From the IMG/VR virus record IMGVR_UViG_3300034104_005761: a stretch of DNA of 62,414 bases. One strand, given 5' to 3'. Shown in pieces: positions 32,214 to 41,834 of this stretch. The first letter of the stretch is position 1; every line of letters begins with the position of its first letter. The translations under genes and the position numbers were made by a program. Source of the stretch: a virus. The notes beneath the pieces are model-generated. The model saw only the letters and a program-made list of their open reading frames with translations. It was not told the origin of the DNA and did no database searches.

Positions 32214-32422
32214 TGTATATAGGTCACTATAAAGCAGTCAATGCAAAAGATGAATTTTATTCTAAAGTAAGAAAGTCATTGGATTTTCCAATGCAAGTAG
32301 AGTTAAACGGAATAAGATATCTTCTTAATTCAACCTACATAGCTTCTTCTCCAAGTCAAGAAAAAAATATTTTAGAAGTAGCGAAAAGATTTAATATTAA
32401 ATCTAATGTAGAAATTGAATAG
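32214..32422 (+). CDS. hypothetical protein
   Basis: MYIGHYKAVNAKDEFYSKVRKSLDFPMQVELNG.. Confidence 0.4.
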
Positions 32423-32424
32423 CC

Positions 32425-32868
32425 ATGCACATAGAAGTTTTCTGTGATGGAGCAGCAAGAGGACAAGGGCAAAAGAAAAATGGAGAAGCAGCTTGCGCAG
32501 TCGTAGTCTATAGAAATAGAAAAAAGATTGCACAGTTTGCTAGAGGTCTTGGATCTAGGAGTAATAACGAAGCAGAATATGAAGCGGTAATAGCAGGTCT
32601 TTTAATCTGCTCGATGGCAGACTTTGCAAATCCCATAATATATACGGATTCTGCTGTAGTAGCTAATCAAATAAACGGCAAGTGGCGCTGCAAAAACGAA
32701 TCCTTAATACCACTTCTTATGACTGTAGAAGATATTAAAGAAGAATTTAATTTTAAAGTAGTTCAAGTTCAAAGATCTTTTGTTTGGGAACCAGATGCTT
32801 TAGCTAACGAGTTCCTTGATACGCTAGAAGTAAAAAAGGCATTAGCTAAGAAAGATAGTGTGATATAA
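32425..32868 (+). CDS. ribonuclease H-like protein (RNase HI family)
   Basis: VFCDGAARGQGQKKNGEAACAVVVY..SNNEAEYEAVIAGL..IYTDSAVVANQING. Confidence 0.88.
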   Translation: MHIEVFCDGAARGQGQKKNGEAACAVVVYRNRKKIAQFARGLGSRSNNEAEYEAVIAGLLICSMADFANPIIYTDSAVVANQINGKWRCKNESLIPLLMTVEDIKEEFNFKVVQVQRSFVWEPDALANEFLDTLEVKKALAKKDSVI

Positions 32869-33683
32869 TGGAAATTATGATTGACAACAAATATGATTAC
32901 GACAGCCCTCTTATTATAGGTCTAGCTGGAAAAGCAGGCTCTGGAAAGACTTCAGTGGCAGAACAAATAGTTCCTAAGGGATCTATAGAAAACTTTAAAT
33001 ATGGTTTTAATTGGGATCATATATTCTTTGCACTTCCGCTTTATGAGCTGGCATCAATTAAAAAAAATATAATGGGTTTAAACGAAAACTCAAGAAGAAT
33101 GTATGCAATACATGAAGTGTTATATGATATTTTCGGAGGATCACCAATAGCTAATGTTCCTACTTATCCGAAATTAGTATCAATGGTTGAAGAATTAGCT
33201 TCTATGAAAATAGAACCAGAAGGTGTAAAGCCTAGAACATTTCTACAAAAATCTGGAGATCTCTGTAGAGAATTTGACTCAGACTGCTTCGCTCATTGGG
33301 GAATTAGAAAAGCTAAGCAGCTACATAGTAAGTATCTTAGAGACAGTCAGATGTCTTTGTCCGAAGAATTACAAGATGCAGCTGCTCCATTTGCTGTTTT
33401 AATTTCAGACGTTAGATTTGAGAATGAGGCGCAAGCTATATTAAGCCAGCCTAATGGAATCTTAATAACATTCGATGCGTCACAAGATACACTGGATGAA
33501 AGAATACTAAAAAGAGATGGCAAGCTTATGAGTGAAGAGCAAAAATCTCACAAGTCTGAACAGTTTATTTCTAATATAAAAGAGATCTCGACGCATGTAA
33601 TCAATACTGATAACATGAATATAGAACAGCAAACACTAGCAACAATAGAAGCCCTAAATAAGATAAAGGAATACAATGCCTAA
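32868..33683 (+). CDS. deoxynucleoside monophosphate kinase-like P-loop protein
   Basis: IIGLAGKAGSGKTSVAEQI; late ISDVRFENEA. Confidence 0.75.
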   Translation: MEIMIDNKYDYDSPLIIGLAGKAGSGKTSVAEQIVPKGSIENFKYGFNWDHIFFALPLYELASIKKNIMGLNENSRRMYAIHEVLYDIFGGSPIANVPTYPKLVSMVEELASMKIEPEGVKPRTFLQKSGDLCREFDSDCFAHWGIRKAKQLHSKYLRDSQMSLSEELQDAAAPFAVLISDVRFENEAQAILSQPNGILITFDASQDTLDERILKRDGKLMSEEQKSHKSEQFISNIKEISTHVINTDNMNIEQQTLATIEALNKIKEYNA

Positions 33684-33996
33684 GATAACAAAAACTGCAC
33701 TTGAGCAGTCCGTAGATAGCCCACTGGATCAAGCAGTTAGCGCAATTGCTGGAGATATCACAATATCAACTAGTCCAGTTTTAATTTGTGGAGTCAATAG
33801 AAAAGTAAATATCGGCAACTTTGAAAACGTTGACGTTTATGCAGCGATATCATTGCCACTTAATTCGGTTTCCATAGAGGATCAAGAAGCTCTTTCTGAG
33901 ATGGTTAAGGAAGCAGCAGCCTATGGATTTGGTCTAGTCTCCAGAGAGACTGGTGAAAGATACCAGCTTATTAAAGAAAACCAGCAAGGCAAGTAA
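33676..33996 (+). CDS. hypothetical protein
   Basis: 106 aa ORF. Confidence 0.5.
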   Translation: MPKITKTALEQSVDSPLDQAVSAIAGDITISTSPVLICGVNRKVNIGNFENVDVYAAISLPLNSVSIEDQEALSEMVKEAAAYGFGLVSRETGERYQLIKENQQGK

Positions 33997-34061
33997 TTCT
34001 TGCATTTAGTTTTTTAAAGCTGTACAATATTAAAACAACAAATTAATTAAGAGGTAATAAA

Positions 34062-34367
<306 letters not shown>

Positions 34368-34381
34368 TATTTATGTAAGAG

Positions 34382-34402
34382 CCCCCGTTTGGGGGCTTTT
34401 AC
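34382..34402 (+). terminator. rho-independent terminator
   Basis: AGCCCCC-GTTT-GGGGGCT followed by TTTACTTTTTT. Confidence 0.88.
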
Positions 34403-34460
34403 TTTTTTATACGGTTAGTTACTATTATTAAAGTATTTATATCTATTTTTGGGATTTTAC

Positions 34461-34622
34461 ATGGCGGATAAAAAGCTTATTAGTTCAGATAGGGTTAAAT
34501 CTGTTATGGCTCAAAAAACATGGAGTTATGTTCCAGGACCTAGAATGGGAACTAACAATTATATGTACGGTATTGAATTAAAAGATCTTAAAAAATCAAC
34601 TAGTAAAAAGAAAGCTAAATGA
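34461..34622 (+). CDS. small basic protein (53 aa)
   Basis: MADKKLISSDRVKSVMAQKTWSYVPGPRMGTNNYMYGIELKDLKKSTSKKKAK. Confidence 0.5.
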   Translation: MADKKLISSDRVKSVMAQKTWSYVPGPRMGTNNYMYGIELKDLKKSTSKKKAK

Positions 34623-34790
34623 TGTTAAGACTTAGCAACAAAGTTATCCTTGGTAATTTTCCAAGAATGACAATTCAAAAACTTAATCGAACAGTAATGT
34701 TAGATCTAAATAGTGGAAATAAAAAAACTTCTAATAAAAAAGGCAAGAAAAAAATGTCAACAAAAATAAAGAATAATAAGAAGAAGTAAA

Positions 34791-35078
34791 ATGGCTGCTA
34801 AAAAAGATTCTCGTTTAACAAAAGCAGGGGTATCTGGCTACAATAAGCCTAAGCGTACTCCTAGTCATCCAAAAAAATCTCATATTGTAGTAGCAAAATC
34901 TGGAGATAAGATTAAAACTATTCGTTTTGGTCAACAAGGAGTATCTGGTTCTCCCAAGAAGCAGGGTGAATCAAAGTCTTACGCAGCAAGAAGAAAGTCT
35001 TTTAAAGCTCGTCACGCATCGAATATTGCCAAGGGGCCAATGTCAGCTGCCTATTGGGCTGACAAGGTCAAGTGGTAA
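34791..35078 (+). CDS. basic Lys-rich small protein
   Basis: MAAKKDSRLTKAGVSGYNKPKRTPSHPKKSH.. Confidence 0.6.
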   Translation: MAAKKDSRLTKAGVSGYNKPKRTPSHPKKSHIVVAKSGDKIKTIRFGQQGVSGSPKKQGESKSYAARRKSFKARHASNIAKGPMSAAYWADKVKW

Positions 35079-35082
35079 TTAT

Positions 35083-35313
35083 ATGGAAGCTATTTTTGTT
35101 GCACTTATAGCAGCCGTTGGTGGAGTACTGGCAGCACTTGTTCAAAAGGGTCGTAAAGAAAACAAAGATGACCACAATGTGGTTGCAAGCTTGCTTGTAA
35201 ATGTAAAGGATGATATTATACATTTACATCAAAAACTAGATCATTTAGATGATCAGGTTGATAAGGTCGACGATAAGATTGATGTACATCTTAAATCTCA
35301 TCGGAGAAAATAA
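35083..35313 (+). CDS. small membrane protein with coiled-coil C-terminus
   Basis: MEAIFVALIAAVGGVLAALVQKGRKENKDDHNVVASLLVNVKDDIIHLHQKLDHLDDQVDKVDDKIDVHLKSHRRK. Confidence 0.55.
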   Translation: MEAIFVALIAAVGGVLAALVQKGRKENKDDHNVVASLLVNVKDDIIHLHQKLDHLDDQVDKVDDKIDVHLKSHRRK

Positions 35314-35342
35314 TACTAGTATTAAAACAAGGAGAAAATAAA

Positions 35343-35567
35343 ATGGCAGCAAAGAAAATGTCAGCAAAGGGTGGAAAAGGTACTTCGGCACCAGAACCAT
35401 CAGTGAGCTCAGGACAGGCAAAAATGGGTGTTCGTCCAATTAAGAATAGCAAGGGCAAGACTATTGAAAAGAAAGGTGCATCAGCACCGAAGCCTGCAGC
35501 AAGTAGTGGTCAGATGAAGATCGCTCAGCGCCCAATCAAAAACACTAAGGGTAAGATTATTGGTTAA
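35343..35567 (+). CDS. basic Lys/Ala-rich small protein with internal duplication
   Basis: EPSVSSGQAKMGVRPIKNSKGKTI / KPAASSGQMKIAQRPIKNTKGKII repeated within the protein. Confidence 0.6.
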   Translation: MAAKKMSAKGGKGTSAPEPSVSSGQAKMGVRPIKNSKGKTIEKKGASAPKPAASSGQMKIAQRPIKNTKGKIIG

Positions 35568-35614
35568 TAACCAATAAAATTAACATAGGTGTTTACACTT
35601 AAATGTATTGTTGG

Positions 35615-35655
35615 GGGTGGTACTATTAAAGTATCACCCTCAATCAATTTTTAGA
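35615..35655 (+). terminator. probable terminator hairpin
   Basis: GGGTGGTACT-N5-AGTATCACCC then TCAATCAATTTTT. Confidence 0.6.
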
Positions 35656-35670
35656 TTAAAGGAATTTATA

Positions 35671-35883
35671 ATGGCAACAAAAAAAAGTGGTTCTGATAAA
35701 AATTGGATCCAAGGTGCTATAAAAAGACCAGGTGCTTTCACTAAGAAGGCTAAGAAGGCAGGCAAGTCGGTATCTGGCATGGCTGCAGCGGTAACTAAGA
35801 ATCCAGGTAGATACAGTAAGCTAACTGTACAGCAAGCTAACCTTGCTAAGACCTTGAAGAAAATTAATAAAAAAGGAAAATAA
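35671..35883 (+). CDS. basic Lys-rich small protein
   Basis: MATKKSGSDKNWIQGAIKRPGAFTKKAKKAGKSVSGM.. Confidence 0.6.
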   Translation: MATKKSGSDKNWIQGAIKRPGAFTKKAKKAGKSVSGMAAAVTKNPGRYSKLTVQQANLAKTLKKINKKGK

Positions 35884-35885
35884 CA

Positions 35886-36050
35886 ATGGCAGCTAAGAAA
35901 CCAAAGTATTCTGTTTACAACAATGCTAATAATAAATTAGACAGAACGATAGATGGAACAAAGAGTGTTCCAAAGTCAAAAAAAGGTGCAGCAGACGCTG
36001 CTACACAAAAAACATTTAGCAATAAAGCTAAGTCTCCTAAGAAGAAGTAA
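35886..36050 (+). CDS. basic Lys-rich small protein (54 aa)
   Basis: MAAKKPKYSVYNNANNKLDRTMDGTKSVPKSKKGAADAATQKTFSNKAKSPKKK. Confidence 0.55.
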   Translation: MAAKKPKYSVYNNANNKLDRTIDGTKSVPKSKKGAADAATQKTFSNKAKSPKKK

Positions 36051-36060
36051 GGTAAATATC

Positions 36061-36210
36061 ATGGCAGCTAAGAAAGCATCAAGTAAGAAAATGATGGCAA
36101 AGCCTGCAAAGGCAGCACCAAAAGCAACTGGAATGACTGCAGCTCAGAAGAAGCTTCCTGCATTCATTCAAAAAGCTATTATGTCAAAGAAGACAGCAAA
36201 GAAAAAATAA
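36061..36210 (+). CDS. basic Lys/Ala-rich small protein
   Basis: MAAKKASSKKMMAKPAKAAPKATGMTAAQKKLPAFIQKAIMSKKTAKKK. Confidence 0.55.
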   Translation: MAAKKASSKKMMAKPAKAAPKATGMTAAQKKLPAFIQKAIMSKKTAKKK

Positions 36211-36389
36211 TGGCCAAGGCAAATAAACCAACAAAACCAGACTTGTGGTCTTCAGCTAAGTCCCAGGCTAAGTCTAAGTTTGACGTATATCCGTCAGCTT
36301 ATGCTAATGCCTGGGCTGCAAAGAAGTATAAGTCAATGGGTGGTGGATGGAGAACTGTTTCAACCAAAAAAGCTGGAAAGAAAAAGTAA
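36210..36389 (+). CDS. basic small protein (59 aa)
   Basis: MAKANKPTKPDLWSSAKSQAKSKFDVYPSAYANAWAAKKYKSMGGGWRTVSTKKAGKKK. Confidence 0.6.
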   Translation: MAKANKPTKPDLWSSAKSQAKSKFDVYPSAYANAWAAKKYKSMGGGWRTVSTKKAGKKK

Positions 36390-36676
36390 TGGCTGGACCC
36401 AAAGGAGTTGGACTCACTAAGTGGTTTGATCAAAAATGGGTCAACATAGGAGCTCCTAAGAAAAAAGGAAAGTACCAACCTTGTGGTACATCTGGCGCTG
36501 GAGGGTCTGGCTATGCTAAATGCGTTCCTGTAAATAAGGCGAACGCTATGACTGCAGCTCAAAAGAAAAGTGCAGTCACAAGAAAAAGAAAATCTGGAAC
36601 ACCAGAAAAGGGAGTTAAAGGTCAAGCCCCTAAGAATGTATCCACCTTTGCAAAAGGCAGTAAGAAAAAGAAATAA
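36389..36676 (+). CDS. basic small protein resembling virus proteins of the 'KWFDQKWVNIG..KKKGKYQPCG' type
   Basis: MAGPKGVGLTKWFDQKWVNIGAPKKKGKYQPCGTSGAGGSGYAKCVP.. Confidence 0.65.
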   Translation: MAGPKGVGLTKWFDQKWVNIGAPKKKGKYQPCGTSGAGGSGYAKCVPVNKANAMTAAQKKSAVTRKRKSGTPEKGVKGQAPKNVSTFAKGSKKKK

Positions 36677-36970
36677 AAAATGTCTGATAGCCAAGACTTT
36701 TCTTTCAGTGGCTTTATGCCAATGATAGATACAATAAAGATCACAAAAGAAATACAAATGTTAAATACTGAAGGTGAGCTAATAAATGCCCACAGTATAA
36801 CAATAGTTACAAAAGATAATTCAGAGTACGTATTTAGTATTTCAAATTACGATTTAATGAGAATGACTTTTTTAATACCCAAAGTAATAGGATTAGACTA
36901 ATGAACAACGCTTACTTTTTTATGTTATTAGTTTTAATGTATGTTTCTTTTCTTTGGAAAAAGTAATCAG

Positions 36971-37057
36971 CGGAACGAGGAGGATTCGAACCTCCGAGGG
37001 TTTTAACACCCTGACGGTTTAGCAAACCGCTGCTTTAGGCCACTCAGCCACCGTTCC
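36971..37057 (-). tRNA. tRNA-Ser(GCT)
   Basis: minus strand GGAACGG..GCGGT-TTGCTAA-ACCGT..long variable arm..GGAGG-TTCGAAT-CCTCC..TCGTTCC-G; 7-nt anticodon loop. Confidence 0.92.
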
Positions 37058-37162
37058 AAATTTATCACTATAGTATACATTACATTTGCCCCACCATGCA
37101 AAAGCTTTTATTTATTATATCAGCATGGTATAATATTCAAAAGACTTAAGAAGGAACATCTG

Positions 37163-37399
37163 ATGAGTGAGCAAATGTGGACATGGCTTTTATTTGTCAT
37201 GGAATTGATAGGGGTCTACGGAAGCTATCAAATAGGAAATAAAAAATGGCATGGGCATTTGATAGTAGCCTTGCATTCTCTTCCTTGGGTGATATATTCT
37301 TTAGTGTTTGATAAACCAGGTTTCCTTGCTATGTGGGTACTGTGGCAATGGGTACACTGGAGAAATATGTTTAGATGGAGAAAAGAAAATGCAAAGTAA
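37163..37399 (+). CDS. small membrane protein
   Basis: MSEQMWTWLLFVMELIGVYGSYQIGNKKWHGHLIVALHSLPWVIYSLVFDKPG.. Confidence 0.55.
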   Translation: MSEQMWTWLLFVMELIGVYGSYQIGNKKWHGHLIVALHSLPWVIYSLVFDKPGFLAMWVLWQWVHWRNMFRWRKENAK

Positions 37400-38123
37400 G
37401 ATTAAGGTATCAGTTATTTTAACTAGCTACAATAACCCAAAGTATTTGCGAAGAGCTATTGATTCAGTTTTAAATCAAACATATAAAAGCTATGAACTTA
37501 TCATAGCTGATGATAATTCTTCTAATACTGAAGTATTAAATATGCTAAAAGAATATGAAAACACCCCTAACGTAATTATATTTAATTCTGAAATCAAAGA
37601 AGAAGACAGATTAAAGACAGCTAGGTATGCTACTCAAATAAACACAGCAGTAAGACAATATTCATCTGGTGAATACTTAATGTACTTGGCTGATGATGAT
37701 TATTTCTATCCAACTATGTTAGAAAAAATGATTAAATTTCTTGATCAAACAAACCATGATGTTATTTTTTGTGCACAGCATGTAAAAGATACAGACGATA
37801 ACATCGATGGTGGAGGAATTGACGGAAGAGGAGTTCGCTTCTTTAATGAACCATTAGTACGAGGAGCCGACAAGTTAGATCATAATCAAGTAATGACTAG
37901 TCGCACATCCTACGATAAAGTCGATGGCTGGAATGATGAAGCTTGGTGTTGGTCAGGCGCAGACGCAGCTTTTTATGATAGACTAGAGAAAGCTGGATAT
38001 ATGTTTTATCCAATCAATACAAACGAACCACTTCAAGCTAAAATGTATAGACAAAATTCTGTTCAATGGAATATGACTAATGGCTTAAGTCCAGTAGGTG
38101 AAGGGAATTCAAATGGCAACTAA
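37390..38123 (+). CDS. family 2 glycosyltransferase
   Basis: KVSVILTSYNNPKYLRRAIDSVLNQTYKSYELIIADDNSSN. Confidence 0.93.
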
Positions 38124-38997
38124 TTTTTGGGCTGTAGGAATGGCCAGAGATGAAGGAGACATTATCGATCACACTATGTATCACCTAGCTGCAAACGGTG
38201 CAGCTGGAATAATAGTTGCTGATAATCTTTCTAAAGACGACACCAGAGAAAGAATGGAAGAAGCAAAAGAAAACATTGCTAAGTTCAATCCTGATATACA
38301 AGTTATAATTATTGAAGATAATATTGTAGAATATACTCAGTCTAAAAAAATGACCAACCTAGCTTCTATGGCAAAAGAACACGGTGCTCAATGGGTAATA
38401 CCTTTTGACATTGATGAAATCTGGCATGCTCATGACAAGACTTTGCAAGAAGCTTTTGAGTTATTGGATGAAGATGGAGTAGACGTTTATAGAGTTCTGT
38501 ATACAAATCACTCAATTACAGAATTCGATGATCCAGGAATATCACCATTCCATTCTATACAATGGAAATGGAATTTACCCACAAATCACAAGAGTTGTTT
38601 TAAGTTTAGAAATAATGATAGTTTTGTAAATATTTCAAATGGAAATCATTTAGTACAACATAATGGTTGGGATATTGGCTCTAACGTAAAAACAGTGCTA
38701 GATGACTATGGTCACGATAAGATTGTTTTTGGACCTCAACTTTTAGAGATTAGACATTTTCAATGGAGATCTTTAGATCACTTTATGAAAAAAATTCTCA
38801 ATGCCTACGAATCATGTAAAGCTCTTGGTCCTGGAGCAGACTTGTACAACGGTGCAGCTTGGGCAGAACATTTTGTTATATATGAATCTGAAGGGCTAGA
38901 TGGTTTAGTCAAGTTCTTTGAAAAGAATATATTAGTAACGGGAGATACAGGATCATTAATTCACGATCCTGCACCTATAAAGGAGTTACCTTTGTGA
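38113..38997 (+). CDS. glycosyltransferase family 2-like
   Basis: NFWAVGMARDEGDIIDHTMYHL..IIVADNLSKDDTRERM..WVIPFDIDEIW. Confidence 0.8.
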   Translation: MATNFWAVGMARDEGDIIDHTMYHLAANGAAGIIVADNLSKDDTRERMEEAKENIAKFNPDIQVIIIEDNIVEYTQSKKMTNLASMAKEHGAQWVIPFDIDEIWHAHDKTLQEAFELLDEDGVDVYRVLYTNHSITEFDDPGISPFHSIQWKWNLPTNHKSCFKFRNNDSFVNISNGNHLVQHNGWDIGSNVKTVLDDYGHDKIVFGPQLLEIRHFQWRSLDHFMKKILNAYESCKALGPGADLYNGAAWAEHFVIYESEGLDGLVKFFEKNILVTGDTGSLIHDPAPIKELPL

Positions 38998-39650
38998 ATA
39001 AAATTTCACTAGTAGTTATTACAGATGGAAGACAATCTTGTATAGAACAAACTATAGATAGATTTAATGAATTAATTAATTATGATTTTTTTGAAAAACT
39101 AATTATTAATGACTCTGGAGATCCTAGATATCATGAGTTTTTAGTAAATAGATTTCCGCAGTTCAATGTCATTTCACATGAACAAAGAAGAGGCTTAGCT
39201 GGGGCAGTGCAGTCTGCTTGGGATTCGGTTAGTAAAGAGTCTGATTACGTCTTTCATTTAGAAGATGATTTTGTTTTTAATAAATCTATAGACATATCTC
39301 ATTTAGCATTTCTACTAAGAAAAAATCCACATCTTGTTCAAATGGCTTTAGTTCGTGCACCAGTAAATCCTCCTGAAGAAGAAGTGGGCGGATTTGTATT
39401 TCAACATCTTGCAGATTATTCTCAGAAGGAAGATTACTTTGAACACGGTAGACTATTTACATTAAACCCATGTCTATATCCAATGTCTACTGTAAAAATG
39501 GGATGGCCAGATCATGGTGGAGAATCTGAGTTTACTTCAAAGGTTCATACTATAGATAAAGATTATAGATTTGGCTTTTATGGAAACATATATGATCCCC
39601 CATTGGTAACACATATAGGTGGAAGAAGAAGTGAAGGTTGGTTCTTGTGA
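38994..39650 (+). CDS. glycosyltransferase-like protein
   Basis: ISLVVITDGRQSCIEQTIDRF..FEKLIINDSGD..GLAGAVQSAW..YVFHLEDDFVF. Confidence 0.78.
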   Translation: MNKISLVVITDGRQSCIEQTIDRFNELINYDFFEKLIINDSGDPRYHEFLVNRFPQFNVISHEQRRGLAGAVQSAWDSVSKESDYVFHLEDDFVFNKSIDISHLAFLLRKNPHLVQMALVRAPVNPPEEEVGGFVFQHLADYSQKEDYFEHGRLFTLNPCLYPMSTVKMGWPDHGGESEFTSKVHTIDKDYRFGFYGNIYDPPLVTHIGGRRSEGWFL

Positions 39651-40360
39651 TGGAGAAAAATATTTTAGTAAATAAAAACAATATTTCATTTACGGTAGAA
39701 GATAGTGAAGAGCTACATCAAGATGTGGGATACAATTTTTGGTCAGAAAAATACTCTTCTTGGGAACCAGGAACATTTAAGGTTTTAGATAATTATTTAT
39801 CAAAAGATAAAGATTATTTAGACATAGGAGCTTGGGTTGGACCAACAGCTATATATGGATCATTTCTTTCAAAAAAGGTAGTAGCTGTTGAGCCAGATCC
39901 TATAGCTCACAAAATCCTGCAAAAAAACATATCTCTTAACTCTATAAAAAATATAGATGTGATTAACAAAGCAGCATCAAAATTAGAACATGCTTTTTTA
40001 GAATCCAGTAATTTTTTTGGTGATTCAATGACTAGAGTTTCAGAAAGAAACACAGGCGCTCACTCTATTGAAACAATAGGTTTAGATGAGTTAATCTCTA
40101 TGGGAAATTTTTCTTTAATCAAAATTGATATTGAAGGACATGAGTTTAGCTTAATTAAAGAATATAAAGATGTATTAAGTCAAAACAAAATACCACTTTT
40201 ACTTTCTGTTCATTCTCCATTTTTTGCAGACGGACAAACATTAATGAACACTCTTCTTGACAATCTTTCTGATGTTAAATCAATCTTAAATGAAGATGGA
40301 GAAGAGATCGATAGAAAAGTTATAACCAATAGTTTTGGATCATATCTTTTTATTTGGTAG
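39638..40360 (+). CDS. FkbM-family methyltransferase
   Basis: YLDIGAWVGPTAIYGS, VVAVEPDP, IKIDIEGHEFSLI. Confidence 0.82.
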   Translation: MVLVMEKNILVNKNNISFTVEDSEELHQDVGYNFWSEKYSSWEPGTFKVLDNYLSKDKDYLDIGAWVGPTAIYGSFLSKKVVAVEPDPIAHKILQKNISLNSIKNIDVINKAASKLEHAFLESSNFFGDSMTRVSERNTGAHSIETIGLDELISMGNFSLIKIDIEGHEFSLIKEYKDVLSQNKIPLLLSVHSPFFADGQTLMNTLLDNLSDVKSILNEDGEEIDRKVITNSFGSYLFIW

Positions 40361-40363
40361 ATT

Positions 40364-41000
40364 ATGGACTTAGTCATTATTCGGAGCTGGTGGGCATTCT
40401 AAAGATCTAGAATATTTATCTGAATCTGACAAGTATGAAAATTGGAACATAATAGGTTATTTAGATGATAATTCATCTATACAAAATCAAAACCTGCTTG
40501 GCAGTACGTCTCTTATTAATTCTTTATTAGAAAAGTATCCAAATTTAAAATATACAATAGCTATAAATTCTCCTTCTGTAAGAAACAAAATAGAGTCCAG
40601 TATAAACAATCTAGACAGGGCAGCTAATCTAATACATGAAACAGCTGTTATTGGAACCCACTGTAAATACGGAAACGGTTTAACAATGGGTCCCTATACA
40701 GTTCTAACAACTAGAGTTAATCTTGGTGTCCATGTTCATGTCAACACAGGCGCATCTATAAATCAATCAAGCACGATAGGTGACTACTGTACAGTTAGCC
40801 CTGGAGCTAGAGTCTGTGGAGATGTTAATGTTGGAGATACTACTTCTATAGGTGCCGGTAGTGTTATTATTAATTTTAAAAATGTAGGTAGGAATTGTAC
40901 TCTTGGTGCTGGAACAGTTGTTATAGATCATATAGGAGACAATGCTACGGTAGTTGGTGTTCCTGGTAGGGAAATCAAAAGATTTGGCGAGTACATTTAG
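40364..41000 (+). CDS. NeuD/PglD-like sugar O/N-acyltransferase read through a +1 shift at CGGA 40382-40385
   Basis: MDLVII-G-AGGHSKDLEYLSESDKYENWNIIGYLDDN..AANLIHETAVIGTHCKYGNGLTMGPYTVLTTRVNLGVHVHVNTGASINQSSTIGDYCTVSPGARVCGDVNVGD (left-handed beta-helix). Confidence 0.93.
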
Positions 41001-41042
41001 CCGTTACTATCTACGGTATACAAACTCTAAAAGGAGAAAACA

Positions 41043-41577
41043 ATGCCAAGAAAATATCCCTATTTCCCCGCTTTTGACGGAAAGAAAGCAGGAGCTGGAA
41101 CAGAATGGTTCGTAAATGCCTGTAATCGTCGCTGGAAAGCTACAAACATGGGTATTTATGTAAATCGTTTAATGAGAAACTCTCACACAGCTGGAAAGAA
41201 AGCTAGTGATCCAGGTATGGCAAAATGGCTCAGCGTTCATGCTACTGGTGCAGCAGCTGACATTGGCTATACAGACCGTAAGGTTGGATTAGAGATGTGG
41301 AATTGGTTTATAAAATATACCAAAGAACTTGGTCTTGTAGAAATTCATGACTATGCTTTTGATGCAAATGCCAAAGATGGTAAGCCTGGTTATGGCCGTG
41401 GTTATAGATGTAGTCGTCGGTGAAGGCGAAGCTGGCGTAAAAATTTATAATGAAAAAGAAAACGCAGGTTCTTTTGGTGGTAAGTGGATTCACATTGAAC
41501 TCGAACCAGAGTTTGCAAAAGACGCTGCAAAAATGGAAGCTGCCTGGAGAGCATTACCAAAGCCTGGACAAGCTTAA
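41043..41577 (+). CDS. M15-like peptidase / putative endolysin read through a +1 shift at CGGT 41418-41421
   Basis: HATGAAADIGYT (H-x6-D Zn ligands) before and WIHIELEP (third ligand region) after the shift: ..GYRCSR-G-EGEAGVKIYNEKENAGSFGGKWIHIELEPEF.. Confidence 0.85.
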
Positions 41578-41732
41578 TTAATGATTTTAGTTGCGGTGTT
41601 TATTGTCATAGCAGCTACTATACCAGCTGTTTCTTTGAGAGTGTTTTTTAATTTTCTAGAAAAAAACGATCCAGATATTGACATAGACTAATGTAATTGA
41701 TATTATATAATCCTTGCAACGGAGGCACGTGT

Positions 41733-41765
41733 AAAGCCCTAGCGGAGTAATCTGCTAGGGCTTTT
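41733..41765 (+). terminator. rho-independent terminator
   Basis: AAAGCCCTAGC..GCTAGGGCTTTT. Confidence 0.9.
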
Positions 41766-41834
41766 CCTTATGTCTGCTATATATATTTTGAAAGCCCTCA
41801 TTACTATTGATATTAATCGTCGGAGGGCTAACTG

